Below the pieces are notes generated by a model. It saw only the letters and a program-made list of their open reading frames with translations, made no database searches and was not told where the DNA came from. Below, in pieces: positions 21,081 to 30,779 of a stretch of 64,000 nucleotides of DNA. How positions within the stretch are numbered: position 1 is the stretch's first letter; the number at the start of each line of letters is the position of its first letter. Both the position numbers and the translations under genes were made by a program. Source of the stretch: Leptolyngbyaceae cyanobacterium clean351 (GTDB lineage: Bacteria; Cyanobacteriota; Cyanobacteriia; DAIDHW01); contig DAIDHW010000003.1 of the NCBI GenBank assembly GCA_027451865.1, positions 6,891-70,890 of the forward strand, in the 5' to 3' direction.

Positions 21081-22583
21081 CTAAGGGGCTGATTTTAGCC
21101 CCTGCCAGACCTCCAAACCACCCCGGGGGTTATCCTGGTAAACCCACTCTGAACCCTGCTTGACTGCTAGGCGTGGCCCAAAGGGATTGGTGGTGCCGAT
21201 AAACAGACCGTGGGGAGTTGAAACCATAGTCCGCAAACCGATATTGTAACGGTTGCCCAACCCCCCCCGGTCCACCGGCAGCCAATTTTCCCCGTCGGCA
21301 GACCGCCACAGCTCAAAGCCTCCCGGTTGGCGGAGGATGGTGTCTATGCCCACCTGGGTAATTAACCGCCGTTGCCGCGCCGGCAAACCGCCGAGACGCC
21401 GCCAAGTCAACATTAAGCCCGCCATGTTAAAGGTCCCCAGGTACAGCCACCCTTCGTGGACTGCCATGGTCCAGAAATAGCCGTTGAGCAGGTTGCCAAA
21501 CCCCGGTGGGTAGGTACTCAGGGGCTCCCCCTGACTAGAACGGCGGCGATTCCCGACCACCACTTGCCAGGTGTGGTCACAGTTGAGCCGCACCAGCTCC
21601 GCCCCCCCGGGGCCGATCCGATTGACCACATCGTAACCGGCTTGCTGGATACCTGAGCCAATGTACAAAGCATCCCCAAAGGGCATCATGGCTAGGGCAA
21701 TCTGGTTGAGGGGGCCCCGGCCCGCCCCGGCCTTGACCACCTGCCGCCATTGCCCATCGCCGGTTGTGTCCCAAACCTGATAGCCCTGGTTATTCAAGGT
21801 GCCGGCGTAGAGGCGCCCCTGAAATTCCGCGAGGGTAAACACCCCTTCATTGGTTTCATCGCCAAACCCCGGCTCACTGACCTGCTGCCAACTGCCCCGG
21901 GCTGGGTCAGCGCTGGCGTAGATAATCGGAGCTCCGGAGATGTTACTGCGCCCCGGGCGACTGGCCGAGGGGGAGGCTTGACGGGTAGCTGTCGGGGAAG
22001 TGTACAGACGGCCCTTGTAGGCAACCAACAGCCGGGAACTGACGATGGCAAGCCCCAGGTCGCGGTAGTCAAGGACCGGGGTGAAGGTTTCTCCATCCTG
22101 GGAGCGCAGGATCATCGCTCCGGGGGCCCGGCCAGGGGAGGTGGTGGCCACGTAGAGGGCCGGGGCTACATCCGACTCCCCCTGAAACACCGTCATAGCT
22201 CGGTAACCGTACTCCCGAGCCACCTGGGAGCCATCGGTACCCTCCACAAGGGGCGCTTGGAGGACCTGGCGCCAGGTCCTAGTCTCAGGGGTATAGCACC
22301 AGATCTGGGCCCGCCGGTCTAGGGCGTAGATGCCCTCCAAATCATCGGGGCACTCTACCGGCCAGACCTCTAAGTCCCAGGCCTGGCAAATTCCCTGGTG
22401 TAGTTTTACTAAACAAAAGTTAGCCCGGGTAGTGCCCACGTAGAGACGGCCCTGGAACCAGGCCATGGAGTGGGCATAGCTATTGTAGCCATCCCCAAAC
22501 CCCTGGGTAGCAATGGGCCGAAAGTCCTTAGCACTCAACCCCCGGGCAGCTCCGGTAAGGCGTTCTTTAGTTAAAATAGTCAT
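21081..22583 (-). CDS. beta-propeller repeat protein of unknown function
   Basis: It has about 6-7 repeats of an FxGRLYxGTxN...W motif. No signal peptide is present. Confidence 0.5.
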   Translation of the reverse strand: MTILTKERLTGAARGLSAKDFRPIATQGFGDGYNSYAHSMAWFQGRLYVGTTRANFCLVKLHQGICQAWDLEVWPVECPDDLEGIYALDRRAQIWCYTPETRTWRQVLQAPLVEGTDGSQVAREYGYRAMTVFQGESDVAPALYVATTSPGRAPGAMILRSQDGETFTPVLDYRDLGLAIVSSRLLVAYKGRLYTSPTATRQASPSASRPGRSNISGAPIIYASADPARGSWQQVSEPGFGDETNEGVFTLAEFQGRLYAGTLNNQGYQVWDTTGDGQWRQVVKAGAGRGPLNQIALAMMPFGDALYIGSGIQQAGYDVVNRIGPGGAELVRLNCDHTWQVVVGNRRRSSQGEPLSTYPPGFGNLLNGYFWTMAVHEGWLYLGTFNMAGLMLTWRRLGGLPARQRRLITQVGIDTILRQPGGFELWRSADGENWLPVDRGGLGNRYNIGLRTMVSTPHGLFIGTTNPFGPRLAVKQGSEWVYQDNPRGGLEVWQGLKSAP

Positions 22584-22618
22584 CGGGTTTTTGGTGAGGT
22601 TCTCGTTAGCAGACGTTC

Positions 22619-23575
22619 ATGACAGATATCCCCCAGCCTATCTTCATTTTGGCTTCTCCCCGGTCCTACACCTCCTTGGTTTGCGGCATGCTCGGGCAGC
22701 ACCCCCAAGCCTACGGGGTGCCGGAGCTGAATTTGTTTCTTGGCGACACCCTCGAGGGTTTCCTCCAGGAGATCCGTAAACAGCCCCGGAAGTTACACGG
22801 TCTGCTGCGGGTAGTAGCCCAACTCTACGCTGGGGAACAGACCCTGAGTGCCGTAGAGATGGCCAAGCGCTGGATAATATCACGCCTCTCCTGTAGCAGT
22901 GCGGAAATCTACTGCCAATTGGGGGCCAAGGTGGCTCCCTGCCGGATTGTCGATAAAAGCCCAGCCTATTCCCTCGACATCACCCATCTCTACCGGATTG
23001 GCCGGGCCTTCCCCCAGGCTCATTTTGTCCACCTAGTGCGTCATCCCCGGGCCCAGGGAGAGTCCTTGATGCGCCTGATGCCCCAGGTTTATCGGGCTAA
23101 GCAAAACTTACACCCCGAGGCCCGGGGAGGGGTGCGGGTCACCACTACCCTGGTCAACATGGTTGACATCCACACCGACCCACCCACCATTGATTTCCAA
23201 TACCTGTGGTACCGGATGCAGTACCGGATTCGGGAATTTTTCCAGACCCTACCCCCTGACCGGAAACTGGTGTTGCGGGGGGAGGACCTCCTGGGGGACC
23301 CCCACCGGCAGTTTCAGGCCCTGTGCACGTGGCTGGGGTTATCCTGGAGCGAAACGGACTACCAGGCCATGGTCCATCCAGAGGAATCTCCCTACGCCAG
23401 TTTCGGGCCCCTAGGAGCCAACCTGGGTAATGACCCCAACTTCCTGCGCAATCCCCACTACCAGCAGCGCCCGATCAAGCCGAGTTCCCTTGAAGGCCCC
23501 CTCCCCTGGCGCCGGGACCAGGCCGGCTTCCTACCGGCAGTGGTTCAGATGGCCCAAGAGTACGGGTATCAGTAG
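22619..23575 (+). CDS. sulfotransferase-family protein
   Basis: It has a 5'-PSB-like motif (ILASPRSYTS) and a 3'-PB-like motif (HLVRHPRAQ). Confidence 0.6.
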   Translation: MTDIPQPIFILASPRSYTSLVCGMLGQHPQAYGVPELNLFLGDTLEGFLQEIRKQPRKLHGLLRVVAQLYAGEQTLSAVEMAKRWIISRLSCSSAEIYCQLGAKVAPCRIVDKSPAYSLDITHLYRIGRAFPQAHFVHLVRHPRAQGESLMRLMPQVYRAKQNLHPEARGGVRVTTTLVNMVDIHTDPPTIDFQYLWYRMQYRIREFFQTLPPDRKLVLRGEDLLGDPHRQFQALCTWLGLSWSETDYQAMVHPEESPYASFGPLGANLGNDPNFLRNPHYQQRPIKPSSLEGPLPWRRDQAGFLPAVVQMAQEYGYQ

Positions 23576-23581
23576 GGGGGA

Positions 23582-24217
23582 TTACTTATCGTGCTGGTTC
23601 TGCCAGATCTGCCGATACAAAAGCTCTAGTTCATTGCCGGAGCGGCGGAATACTCGCACCTGCTTGAACATAAACATCTGAAACAGCCGGTAGAAAGCCA
23701 GGCTCACAATTGCCACCACTAGGCCACTAGCAGTACTCACCAGGGACTCACCAATGCCGGTGGTCACCTGCGCGGTAGAAGCGGTTCCTAGGTCCCCTAG
23801 GCGAATCGACTCCAGGGAGTCAATCAGCCCGAGGACCGTCCCCAGTAGCCCCAGGAGGGGAGCCAGGGCAATCACGGACTCGAGCATTTTGTCTCCTTGA
23901 CGCATGGCTGCTAGCTCCTCCGCCGCCGCTGCCTCTAGGGCTAATCGAAAAGCCTCCGGGTCCGGGTCCTTCAAGCGCAAGGGGGCGTAGAGAAACCGGC
24001 CGATCGGCTGAGCCGCACACTGGCGGGCAATCTCGGTGGCTGCTTCCCAATCCTCGTAGGCTCGCTCCAGAATCGAATCTGCTAAAACCGCCTCCCGGGC
24101 CAGCATACGCCACCAAAACCACAGGCGCTCGAGAATCGTGGCCAAGGACAAAACCGATAGGCCCAGGAGGGGGACAAGAGCTACACCGCCCCGGGCAAAG
24201 ATCTCATGGAAGTTCAC
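23582..24217 (-). CDS. MotA/TolQ/ExbB-family proton channel protein (no adjacent ExbD/TolR)
   Basis: It has three TM helices and ExbB-like N- and C-terminal regions. Confidence 0.7.
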   Translation of the reverse strand: MNFHEIFARGGVALVPLLGLSVLSLATILERLWFWWRMLAREAVLADSILERAYEDWEAATEIARQCAAQPIGRFLYAPLRLKDPDPEAFRLALEAAAAEELAAMRQGDKMLESVIALAPLLGLLGTVLGLIDSLESIRLGDLGTASTAQVTTGIGESLVSTASGLVVAIVSLAFYRLFQMFMFKQVRVFRRSGNELELLYRQIWQNQHDK

Positions 24218-24308
24218 TCTTGTCGTCCCCTCAGGCGTTGCGGTGGTGTCTTAAGTTATCTTAAGAAGGCCCGGCTCAAATTATACCAAGAAAACCCCTC
24301 CCGCCCCC

Positions 24309-25394
24309 ATGACCCGCCGTACACCCCTCCACGACCTGATGCTCCACCTGGGGGCCCGCATGACTAAGTTTGCCGGCTGGGAGCTGCCCCTATCCTTTCA
24401 CGGAATTCTCCAGGAGCACCAGGCGGTCCGCACGGGGGGCGGGCTGTTTGACATTTCCCATATGGGCCGGTTCGAGCTAGTCGGGGTGGGTTTGATCGAT
24501 AAGCTTCAACCCCTAGTGCCCACGGACCTGAGCCGGCTCCAGCCAGGACAGGCTCAGTATACGGTCTTGCTGAACCCCGAGGGGGGCATCCTCGATGACT
24601 TGATTTTCTACTACCAGGGGGGAGAAGACCCCGCTCGGGGTCTGATGATCGTCAACGCTGGCCGGACGGCAGCCGATGAGGCCTGGCTCCAAACAAACCT
24701 GCCGCCGGGGGTGCGCCTGGAAAACACTACCTCGAAGCAGGCCCTGATCGCTTTCCAGGGTCCCCGGGCGGCCCTCTGGTTACAACCGCTAGTGGATCTG
24801 GACTTGGAAAAATTGCCTGGGTTTAGCCACAGCCCGGTCAGGGTCCTTGGTCAACCGGGTTGGCTAGCCCGGACTGGCTATACCGGGGAGGATGGGTTTG
24901 AGCTGCTGGTGTCGCCCCAAACGGGGGAGCACTTGTGGCGGGCCCTCCAGGGGGCGGGAGCAGCCGCCTGCGGCCTGGGGGCAAGAGACACCCTCAGACT
25001 AGAGGCGGCCTTGGGTTTGTACGGCCTAGATTTGGACGAGAGTACCACCCCCCTGGAGGCAGGCCTCAGCTGGCTGGTGGATTGGTCTAAGGGGGAATTC
25101 ATCGGCCGGGAGGCCTTGAGCGCCCAGAAGCACTCCGGCCTGCACCGGCGTCTAGTTGGTTTAACCACCCCTGGCCGCCACATCCCCCGCCATGGCTATC
25201 CCCTGGTGTACCAGGGGCAAAAGGTGGGGGAGGTCACCAGCGGCACCCTCGCCCCTTCCCTGGGACACCCTATCGCCCTGGGCTATGTCCCAAGAGCCCT
25301 GAGCTCCCCCGGCCAAACCCTGGGGGTGGAAATCCGTGGTCAGACCTGGGAGGTGACCGTAGCTAAGCGGCCCTTTTACCGGCGCAGCCAGTAG
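24309..25394 (+). CDS. gcvT: glycine cleavage system T protein (aminomethyltransferase)
   Basis: It has the GcvT N-terminal and folate-binding regions (GGLFDISHMGRF). Confidence 0.9.
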   Translation: MTRRTPLHDLMLHLGARMTKFAGWELPLSFHGILQEHQAVRTGGGLFDISHMGRFELVGVGLIDKLQPLVPTDLSRLQPGQAQYTVLLNPEGGILDDLIFYYQGGEDPARGLMIVNAGRTAADEAWLQTNLPPGVRLENTTSKQALIAFQGPRAALWLQPLVDLDLEKLPGFSHSPVRVLGQPGWLARTGYTGEDGFELLVSPQTGEHLWRALQGAGAAACGLGARDTLRLEAALGLYGLDLDESTTPLEAGLSWLVDWSKGEFIGREALSAQKHSGLHRRLVGLTTPGRHIPRHGYPLVYQGQKVGEVTSGTLAPSLGHPIALGYVPRALSSPGQTLGVEIRGQTWEVTVAKRPFYRRSQ

Positions 25395-25461
25395 GGCGGT
25401 CTGATCATCCAGGCCCCAAGAGTCATGGGAACCAGGGTCAAGATCCAGGCCGCCCTCACCC

Positions 25462-27528
25462 CTAGGGAGTGGTAGTGCTCACCGGAGTGGTGCTGGGGTC
25501 TGTGGAGGGCCGGGGGTTGAAGTTGGCCGGAATGTGGTTAACAATCCCGAGCTGCTGGTCCACCGGGACAATGCCAATCGCCGCGCAGGAAGCACCGTTT
25601 TGAGCTGGTAGGCTGGTTAGCCAGCTGGTGGGGACTTCTGCGTAGCTAGCCGGCAGGGGAGCGGCATTGCCGTTCAGGCGGGCGTTGTCGAAGGCCCCGA
25701 GCAGGTCTGTGACGTCGGGGGTGAGGGCATCCTGGGGACCAAGACCACTCATGTGGAACTCGATCCTGCCCCGGCGGCGGCCCTCTAGTTCGTCGGGCAA
25801 CTTGGCTAGGGGCGGCAGGTTAAACAGGGCGTCCACGAACTTCACCACCGAGGCTTGGCTACCGGCGGAGCTGACGACGGCGTGGACTTGGGAGTAGGGG
25901 GAGATGAGGATCAGGGGGACCCGGGGGCCATCACTGACTACTGAACCATCGGGGCCGTGGCTCAGGACCGGCGGCGGTACGTGGTCGTAATCCCCCTCCG
26001 AGTCGTCAAAGGTGATGATGATCACCGAGTGCTTCCAGTAGGGGCTCTGGGCGATGGCGTTGACGGCCCGGGCTAGGAGCACGTCACTGATCTGGGCATC
26101 GGAGTAGGCCGGGTGGTCATCATCCCCGAGAAAGTTCTTCTGGACGTTGGGGTCTGGGTTGGTGGGGGTCAGGCCAAAGATGTTTTCAAAGCCCCCCTTG
26201 ACGTAGAACACCCCACCCGCCGGGGGGAGAGAGCGCTGCTGCAGAGCAGTGAAGAAGTCGTTGAGGCCGTGGAGGTGAGCGCGCAGGCTAGGGTTGTTGG
26301 CAATGTAGCCAAAGTACTGGGGGCCGTTGTGGTGGGTGACGTAGGAGGCGTGGGTGCCCTGGACCGCTGGCCCTAGATCCGTCGGTTCTCGGTCGAAGCC
26401 CTCTTCATACCAGCCCCATTGGACGGTCCTGCCGCCCCGGGCGGTGATAGCCTTGACGTCTTGGCCCACATCGGCCAGGTCGGTGCTGGGCATGGTGTCC
26501 TGCTGGGCAACCGAACCGAGGCTACCCCCCTGGAGGGTCAGGGGGAGGGAAGCGTAGGTTTGATTGTACTGGGTGGTGAAGGGACCACTGCCAGTAAAGT
26601 CACCCGGGTTGACCGGCAGGCGTTGGCTGGGGGGGTTGGGGTCGTTGGGGGAGCCCCATAGGGGGTCGGTGTCGTTCACCACCGGCTCCCCTGGGCCACT
26701 ATTGCCGTTGCCGGTGAAGGCGAGGTTAGGGTGTAAAACCCACTGGGTTAGACCAGTCTGGGCGGCGATAATCGAGAGGTTACCGGGAGTCGAGGGGCCG
26801 GCAATATCCTCAAAGATGTGGTCAAACAGGGTGAAGCGGGCCGCGTAGTTCCACAGGATGGGTACGGTGTTACAGTCCTCGTGGGCCATGGCTAGCTCGC
26901 CGTACTGCAGGGCCTTCAGGGAGGGGTTACCGCTGGGGCTGTACTTAAGCTCCTCGGTAATGGAGAAGCGGTCCATGCGGGGATGGGTACCTACAACGTC
27001 CATTTTCTGGACCGTCAGGGCGTGGGAGTGGTCGATGTCGTCGGTGTCGGCGGCGTACTGGGCCGGACCAATGAGGAAGGGCTGAATGGTGGTCGTCGTC
27101 CCGTTCAGAAGCACGATCTGTTGGTTAAACCCCAGGGTCCGAGAGGGGGGCTGGGAGTAGAGACCGTCAGCCCCTGGGTAGGTGCCCAACAGGGAGTCGA
27201 AGCTGCGGTTTTCTTGGTAGAGCACAAACACATACCGGATGTGGCGCCGCAGCAGGGCCAATTTCTGGGCGGGGGTCAGAAGGGGCTCATCCCGGCTGGG
27301 TACCACGTAGGGCACCACGGAGGCCGGGGGCTGGATGTTGACTAGGCCAGGTTGACCGCTGCCCTTCCAATCCACAACGGTCCGGGGCTGGAGGGCGAGG
27401 GCGGCCAGGGGCTGGGCCAGCTCCAGGGAGCATAGAACAGCTGTGAGGGCCAGGGAACTGATACTTATCTGAGGGAGTCGCATACTTAGCAGTTTCCTTG
27501 TCCTAAATTGAGGATGGGCTGCCAGCAT
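25462..27528 (-). CDS. secreted phosphoesterase-family protein (phospholipase C / acid phosphatase AcpA-like)
   Basis: It has a signal peptide and the phosphoesterase-family motif IRYVFVLYQENRSFD. The start may be the internal MRLPQIS methionine. Confidence 0.7.
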   Translation of the reverse strand: MLAAHPQFRTRKLLSMRLPQISISSLALTAVLCSLELAQPLAALALQPRTVVDWKGSGQPGLVNIQPPASVVPYVVPSRDEPLLTPAQKLALLRRHIRYVFVLYQENRSFDSLLGTYPGADGLYSQPPSRTLGFNQQIVLLNGTTTTIQPFLIGPAQYAADTDDIDHSHALTVQKMDVVGTHPRMDRFSITEELKYSPSGNPSLKALQYGELAMAHEDCNTVPILWNYAARFTLFDHIFEDIAGPSTPGNLSIIAAQTGLTQWVLHPNLAFTGNGNSGPGEPVVNDTDPLWGSPNDPNPPSQRLPVNPGDFTGSGPFTTQYNQTYASLPLTLQGGSLGSVAQQDTMPSTDLADVGQDVKAITARGGRTVQWGWYEEGFDREPTDLGPAVQGTHASYVTHHNGPQYFGYIANNPSLRAHLHGLNDFFTALQQRSLPPAGGVFYVKGGFENIFGLTPTNPDPNVQKNFLGDDDHPAYSDAQISDVLLARAVNAIAQSPYWKHSVIIITFDDSEGDYDHVPPPVLSHGPDGSVVSDGPRVPLILISPYSQVHAVVSSAGSQASVVKFVDALFNLPPLAKLPDELEGRRRGRIEFHMSGLGPQDALTPDVTDLLGAFDNARLNGNAAPLPASYAEVPTSWLTSLPAQNGASCAAIGIVPVDQQLGIVNHIPANFNPRPSTDPSTTPVSTTTP

Positions 27529-27613
27529 GATACCGCCACCCCTGAACTAGGGCATGTCAGGCAGCAAACATCAACCCGGAATTTTTCCGACCAAACGTGA
27601 CCCTGGCAACCCC

Positions 27614-28336
27614 CTAGGGGGAGCTCATCAGGAGACCCTGGTAAACCTGAAAAAACTCCGCCGGGTCACTGTGCTCTCCCACGTGATGGCCCAAGACTAC
27701 CCCCTGTACCACTAGGGCTGCGAGCCACTCCAGGGATAGACCAGCGGCTAGGGAACCCCGGTCAGGGGGTAAGAAGGAGCGCAGGTTAATGCCCATAGCC
27801 GGTACCGGATTTTCCCAATTCACCCCCACCCCCACTACTGCCCATTGCTGGGGGCCCCAGGTATAGGTTTCTGTCAAGATGCCCCCAAGTTTTTGACCCC
27901 CTAGGATTAGGTCGTTGGGCCACTTGAGCTGGAGGGGAATCCCTTGGCGCTGGAGGACGGTGGCAATACCCCAGGCACTCCACAGGGTCAGCCACGCCCC
28001 TTGGTCCGGGGACAGGGCTAAACCCAAGGACAGGTAGAGGCCCCCGGGCAGAGACTCCCAGACCCGGCCCCGTTGGCCGCGACCGGCCGACTGTTCCCCA
28101 GCGATCACCACGGTACCCGAGGGTGCCCCCTGCCGCAGGAGCTGGGCAAGGGTAGTGTTAGTGGAGGGGAGGCTGGGGAAAAAATGGCAGTGAAACTCCT
28201 GGGCGTGGGGGGTAGGACACTGCCTGAGGTAGGCATAAAACTTTTCCTGGTCAAACTCTGGCGACGACATAAACCCCCTTAGCTGGCCCCGTCCCGGGCC
28301 GTGATGTTTTGGCATGGGATGAAGCTCAATCAACAT
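27614..28336 (-). CDS. birA: biotin--[acetyl-CoA-carboxylase] ligase (no HTH domain)
   Basis: It has a GRGRxGRxW motif and a KWPND lysine region. Confidence 0.8.
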   Translation of the reverse strand: MLIELHPMPKHHGPGRGQLRGFMSSPEFDQEKFYAYLRQCPTPHAQEFHCHFFPSLPSTNTTLAQLLRQGAPSGTVVIAGEQSAGRGQRGRVWESLPGGLYLSLGLALSPDQGAWLTLWSAWGIATVLQRQGIPLQLKWPNDLILGGQKLGGILTETYTWGPQQWAVVGVGVNWENPVPAMGINLRSFLPPDRGSLAAGLSLEWLAALVVQGVVLGHHVGEHSDPAEFFQVYQGLLMSSP

Positions 28337-28423
28337 ACCCCCCTCCCTCCCTAAGGATGGGCCAGCCGGCCCTTAAGTTCCAGGGGCTATACTGGGCATG
28401 GATGGACCCGACCGACTTAACCT

Positions 28424-29929
28424 GTGACTGACCTGCGCACCTTTTTGAATCACCTTGAGCACCAGGGGCAGTTGCACCGGGTGAAGGTGCCCGTAAACCC
28501 CCACCTAGAGCTAGCGGAAATTGCTAACCGGCTACTGCAACAGGGGGGGCCAGCCCTCCTGTTCGAGCAGGTCCAGGGGTCCAACTACCCAGTGGCAATT
28601 AACGTCCTTGGCACCCTGGAACGGGTTTGCTGGGCCCTAGAGTGCCAGGGCTTAGGGGATCTAGAAACCCTAGGACGCAAGCTAGCACTTCTATACCAAA
28701 TGCGCCCCCCCCGCCAGCCCTCCCAGGCCCTAGAGTTGGGCCGGGCCCTGTGGGATGTGGTGCGGGCCAAACCGAGTCGCGATCTGTTCCCCCCCTGTCA
28801 GCAGGTGGTCTGCCAGGGGAAAGAAGTAGATCTAGACCAGCTACCCCTGCTGCGGGTTTATCCTGGGGATGCCGCGGCGGTGCTGACCCTCGGCCTGATG
28901 GTGACCCGTGACCCGGAAACCGGGGTACCAAACGTGGGGGTTTATCGGCTCCAGCGGCAATCGCCCCAGACCATGAGTGTCCAGTGGCTCTCGGTGCGCG
29001 GTCCTACCCGTCACCTGCGCAAGGCTGCTGAGCGGGGCCAGAGCCTGCCGGTGGCGGTGGCGGTGGGGGTCCATCCCCTGCTGATCATGGCAGCAGCCAC
29101 CCCCTTGCCTGTGGACTTGTCTGAGTGGCTGTTTGCTGGCCTGTACGCTGGAGTCGGGGTATCCTTAGCCCGGTGTAAGACCCTGGACCTGGAGGTACCT
29201 GCTAGTGCTGAGTTTGTCCTCGAGGGTACGATCACCCCAGGAGAAGTGGCCGAGGACGGCCCGGCGGGTGACCATATGGGCTTCTACGGGGGGGTTAATC
29301 CCCAGGCTCCCCTAATTCGCTTCCACTGCCTGACCCGTCGCCGGCAGCCTATTTACCTAACTACCTTCAGTGGCCGCCCTCCCAAGGAGGACGCCATGAT
29401 GGCCATTGCCCTTAACGCTATCTACACCCCTATCCTACGGCAGCAGATCCCGGAAATTGTCGACTTCTTCCTACCCATGGAGACCCTCAGCTACAAGGCA
29501 GCTATTATCTCCATTGACAAGACCTACCCAGGCCAAGCCCGGCGGGTAGCCCTGGCCTTCTGGTCTGCCCTGCCCCAGTTTACCTACACCAAGTTTGTGG
29601 TGGTCGTTGATAAATCCATCAATGTCCGAGACCCCCGCCAGGTAGTGTGGGCGATCGCTGCCCAGGTTGACCCAGCCCGGGATGTGTTTATTCTGCCTGA
29701 GACCCCCCTGGACCGGCTGGACTTCGCCACCGCTAAGGTGGGCTTGGGGGGACGCCTGGGGGTAGACGCTACCCGGAAAATCCCCCCGGAAACTGACCGG
29801 GACTGGGGAGTACCCCTAGAATCGGACCCGGAGACCGCTGCCCTAGTGGAGCGGCGCTGGCAGGAGTACGGCTTTGGGCCGTCTGGGGCCGTGACCCCAG
29901 ACCCACGCCTATTTGGCTATGACCTATAG
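28424..29929 (+). CDS. ubiD: UbiD-family decarboxylase (4-hydroxy-3-polyprenylbenzoate decarboxylase-like)
   Basis: It is about 500 aa and matches the UbiD family along its whole length. Confidence 0.85.
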   Translation: MTDLRTFLNHLEHQGQLHRVKVPVNPHLELAEIANRLLQQGGPALLFEQVQGSNYPVAINVLGTLERVCWALECQGLGDLETLGRKLALLYQMRPPRQPSQALELGRALWDVVRAKPSRDLFPPCQQVVCQGKEVDLDQLPLLRVYPGDAAAVLTLGLMVTRDPETGVPNVGVYRLQRQSPQTMSVQWLSVRGPTRHLRKAAERGQSLPVAVAVGVHPLLIMAAATPLPVDLSEWLFAGLYAGVGVSLARCKTLDLEVPASAEFVLEGTITPGEVAEDGPAGDHMGFYGGVNPQAPLIRFHCLTRRRQPIYLTTFSGRPPKEDAMMAIALNAIYTPILRQQIPEIVDFFLPMETLSYKAAIISIDKTYPGQARRVALAFWSALPQFTYTKFVVVVDKSINVRDPRQVVWAIAAQVDPARDVFILPETPLDRLDFATAKVGLGGRLGVDATRKIPPETDRDWGVPLESDPETAALVERRWQEYGFGPSGAVTPDPRLFGYDL

Positions 29930-30034
29930 GGGCAGCGCCTTCAAGATTTTTAATAAAATTTCTCATCTGGTCAGCTTAGGCTAGTCTTTCAGGGCTATTT
30001 CAGCGCCCCGGTATGCCCCTAGAGGACTTTTAAG

Positions 30035-30748
30035 ATGAGCAATTTAGCTACCCAACTGCGGGAGGGGACCAAAAAGTCCCACACCATGGCCGAAAATGTC
30101 GGTTTTGTGAAGTGCTTTTTGAAGGGGGTAGTAGAGAAGGATTCCTACCGCAAGCTGGTAGCTAATCTGTACTTCGTCTACAGCGCCATGGAGGAGGAGC
30201 TGGAGCGGCACCGCACCCACCCAGTCATCGGCCCGGTCTACTTCCCGGAACTCAACCGCAAAGCCAGCCTTGAGCAGGACTTGCTCTACTACTACGGGCC
30301 GGGCTGGCGCACCCAGGTTAACCCTTCGGCCGCCACCCAAACCTACGTCAAGCGGATTCGGGAGGTGAGCAACAGCGCCCCTGAGCTGCTGCTCGCCCAC
30401 ACCTACACCCGTTATCTCGGAGACCTCTCTGGAGGACAGATCCTCAAGGGCATTGCCCAGCGAGGGATGAACCTAACCGATGGTCAAGGGACCAACTTCT
30501 ACGAGTTCAGCGCGATCCCAGACGAGAAGGCCTTTAAGGCCACCTACCGCCAGACCCTAGACCAACTCCCCCTAGACGAGCCGGCCATCGCCAAGATCGT
30601 CGCCGAGGCTAACGCCGCCTTTGGCTTGAACATGGAGATGTTCAAAGAACTAGAGGGGAATTTGATTAAGGCGATTGGGGTAATGCTCTACAACAGTCTG
30701 GTCCGGCGGCGCACCCGCGGCAGCACCGAATTGGCCACGGCGGAATAA
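30035..30748 (+). CDS. ho1: heme oxygenase 1
   Basis: It has the proximal His region (LREGTKKSHTMAEN) of cyanobacterial HO1 (PbsA1) and the matching length. Confidence 0.9.
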   Translation: MSNLATQLREGTKKSHTMAENVGFVKCFLKGVVEKDSYRKLVANLYFVYSAMEEELERHRTHPVIGPVYFPELNRKASLEQDLLYYYGPGWRTQVNPSAATQTYVKRIREVSNSAPELLLAHTYTRYLGDLSGGQILKGIAQRGMNLTDGQGTNFYEFSAIPDEKAFKATYRQTLDQLPLDEPAIAKIVAEANAAFGLNMEMFKELEGNLIKAIGVMLYNSLVRRRTRGSTELATAE

Positions 30749-30779
30749 GTTTGAGGCCGGCCACGGATGGGCGGGGTTC

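Noticed and set aside
23582-24217. Zorya-like defence system (orphan MotA-like gene)
   Set aside because: No MotB/ZorB-like or additional Zor genes are adjacent. The protein looks like an ordinary ExbB/TolQ paralogue.
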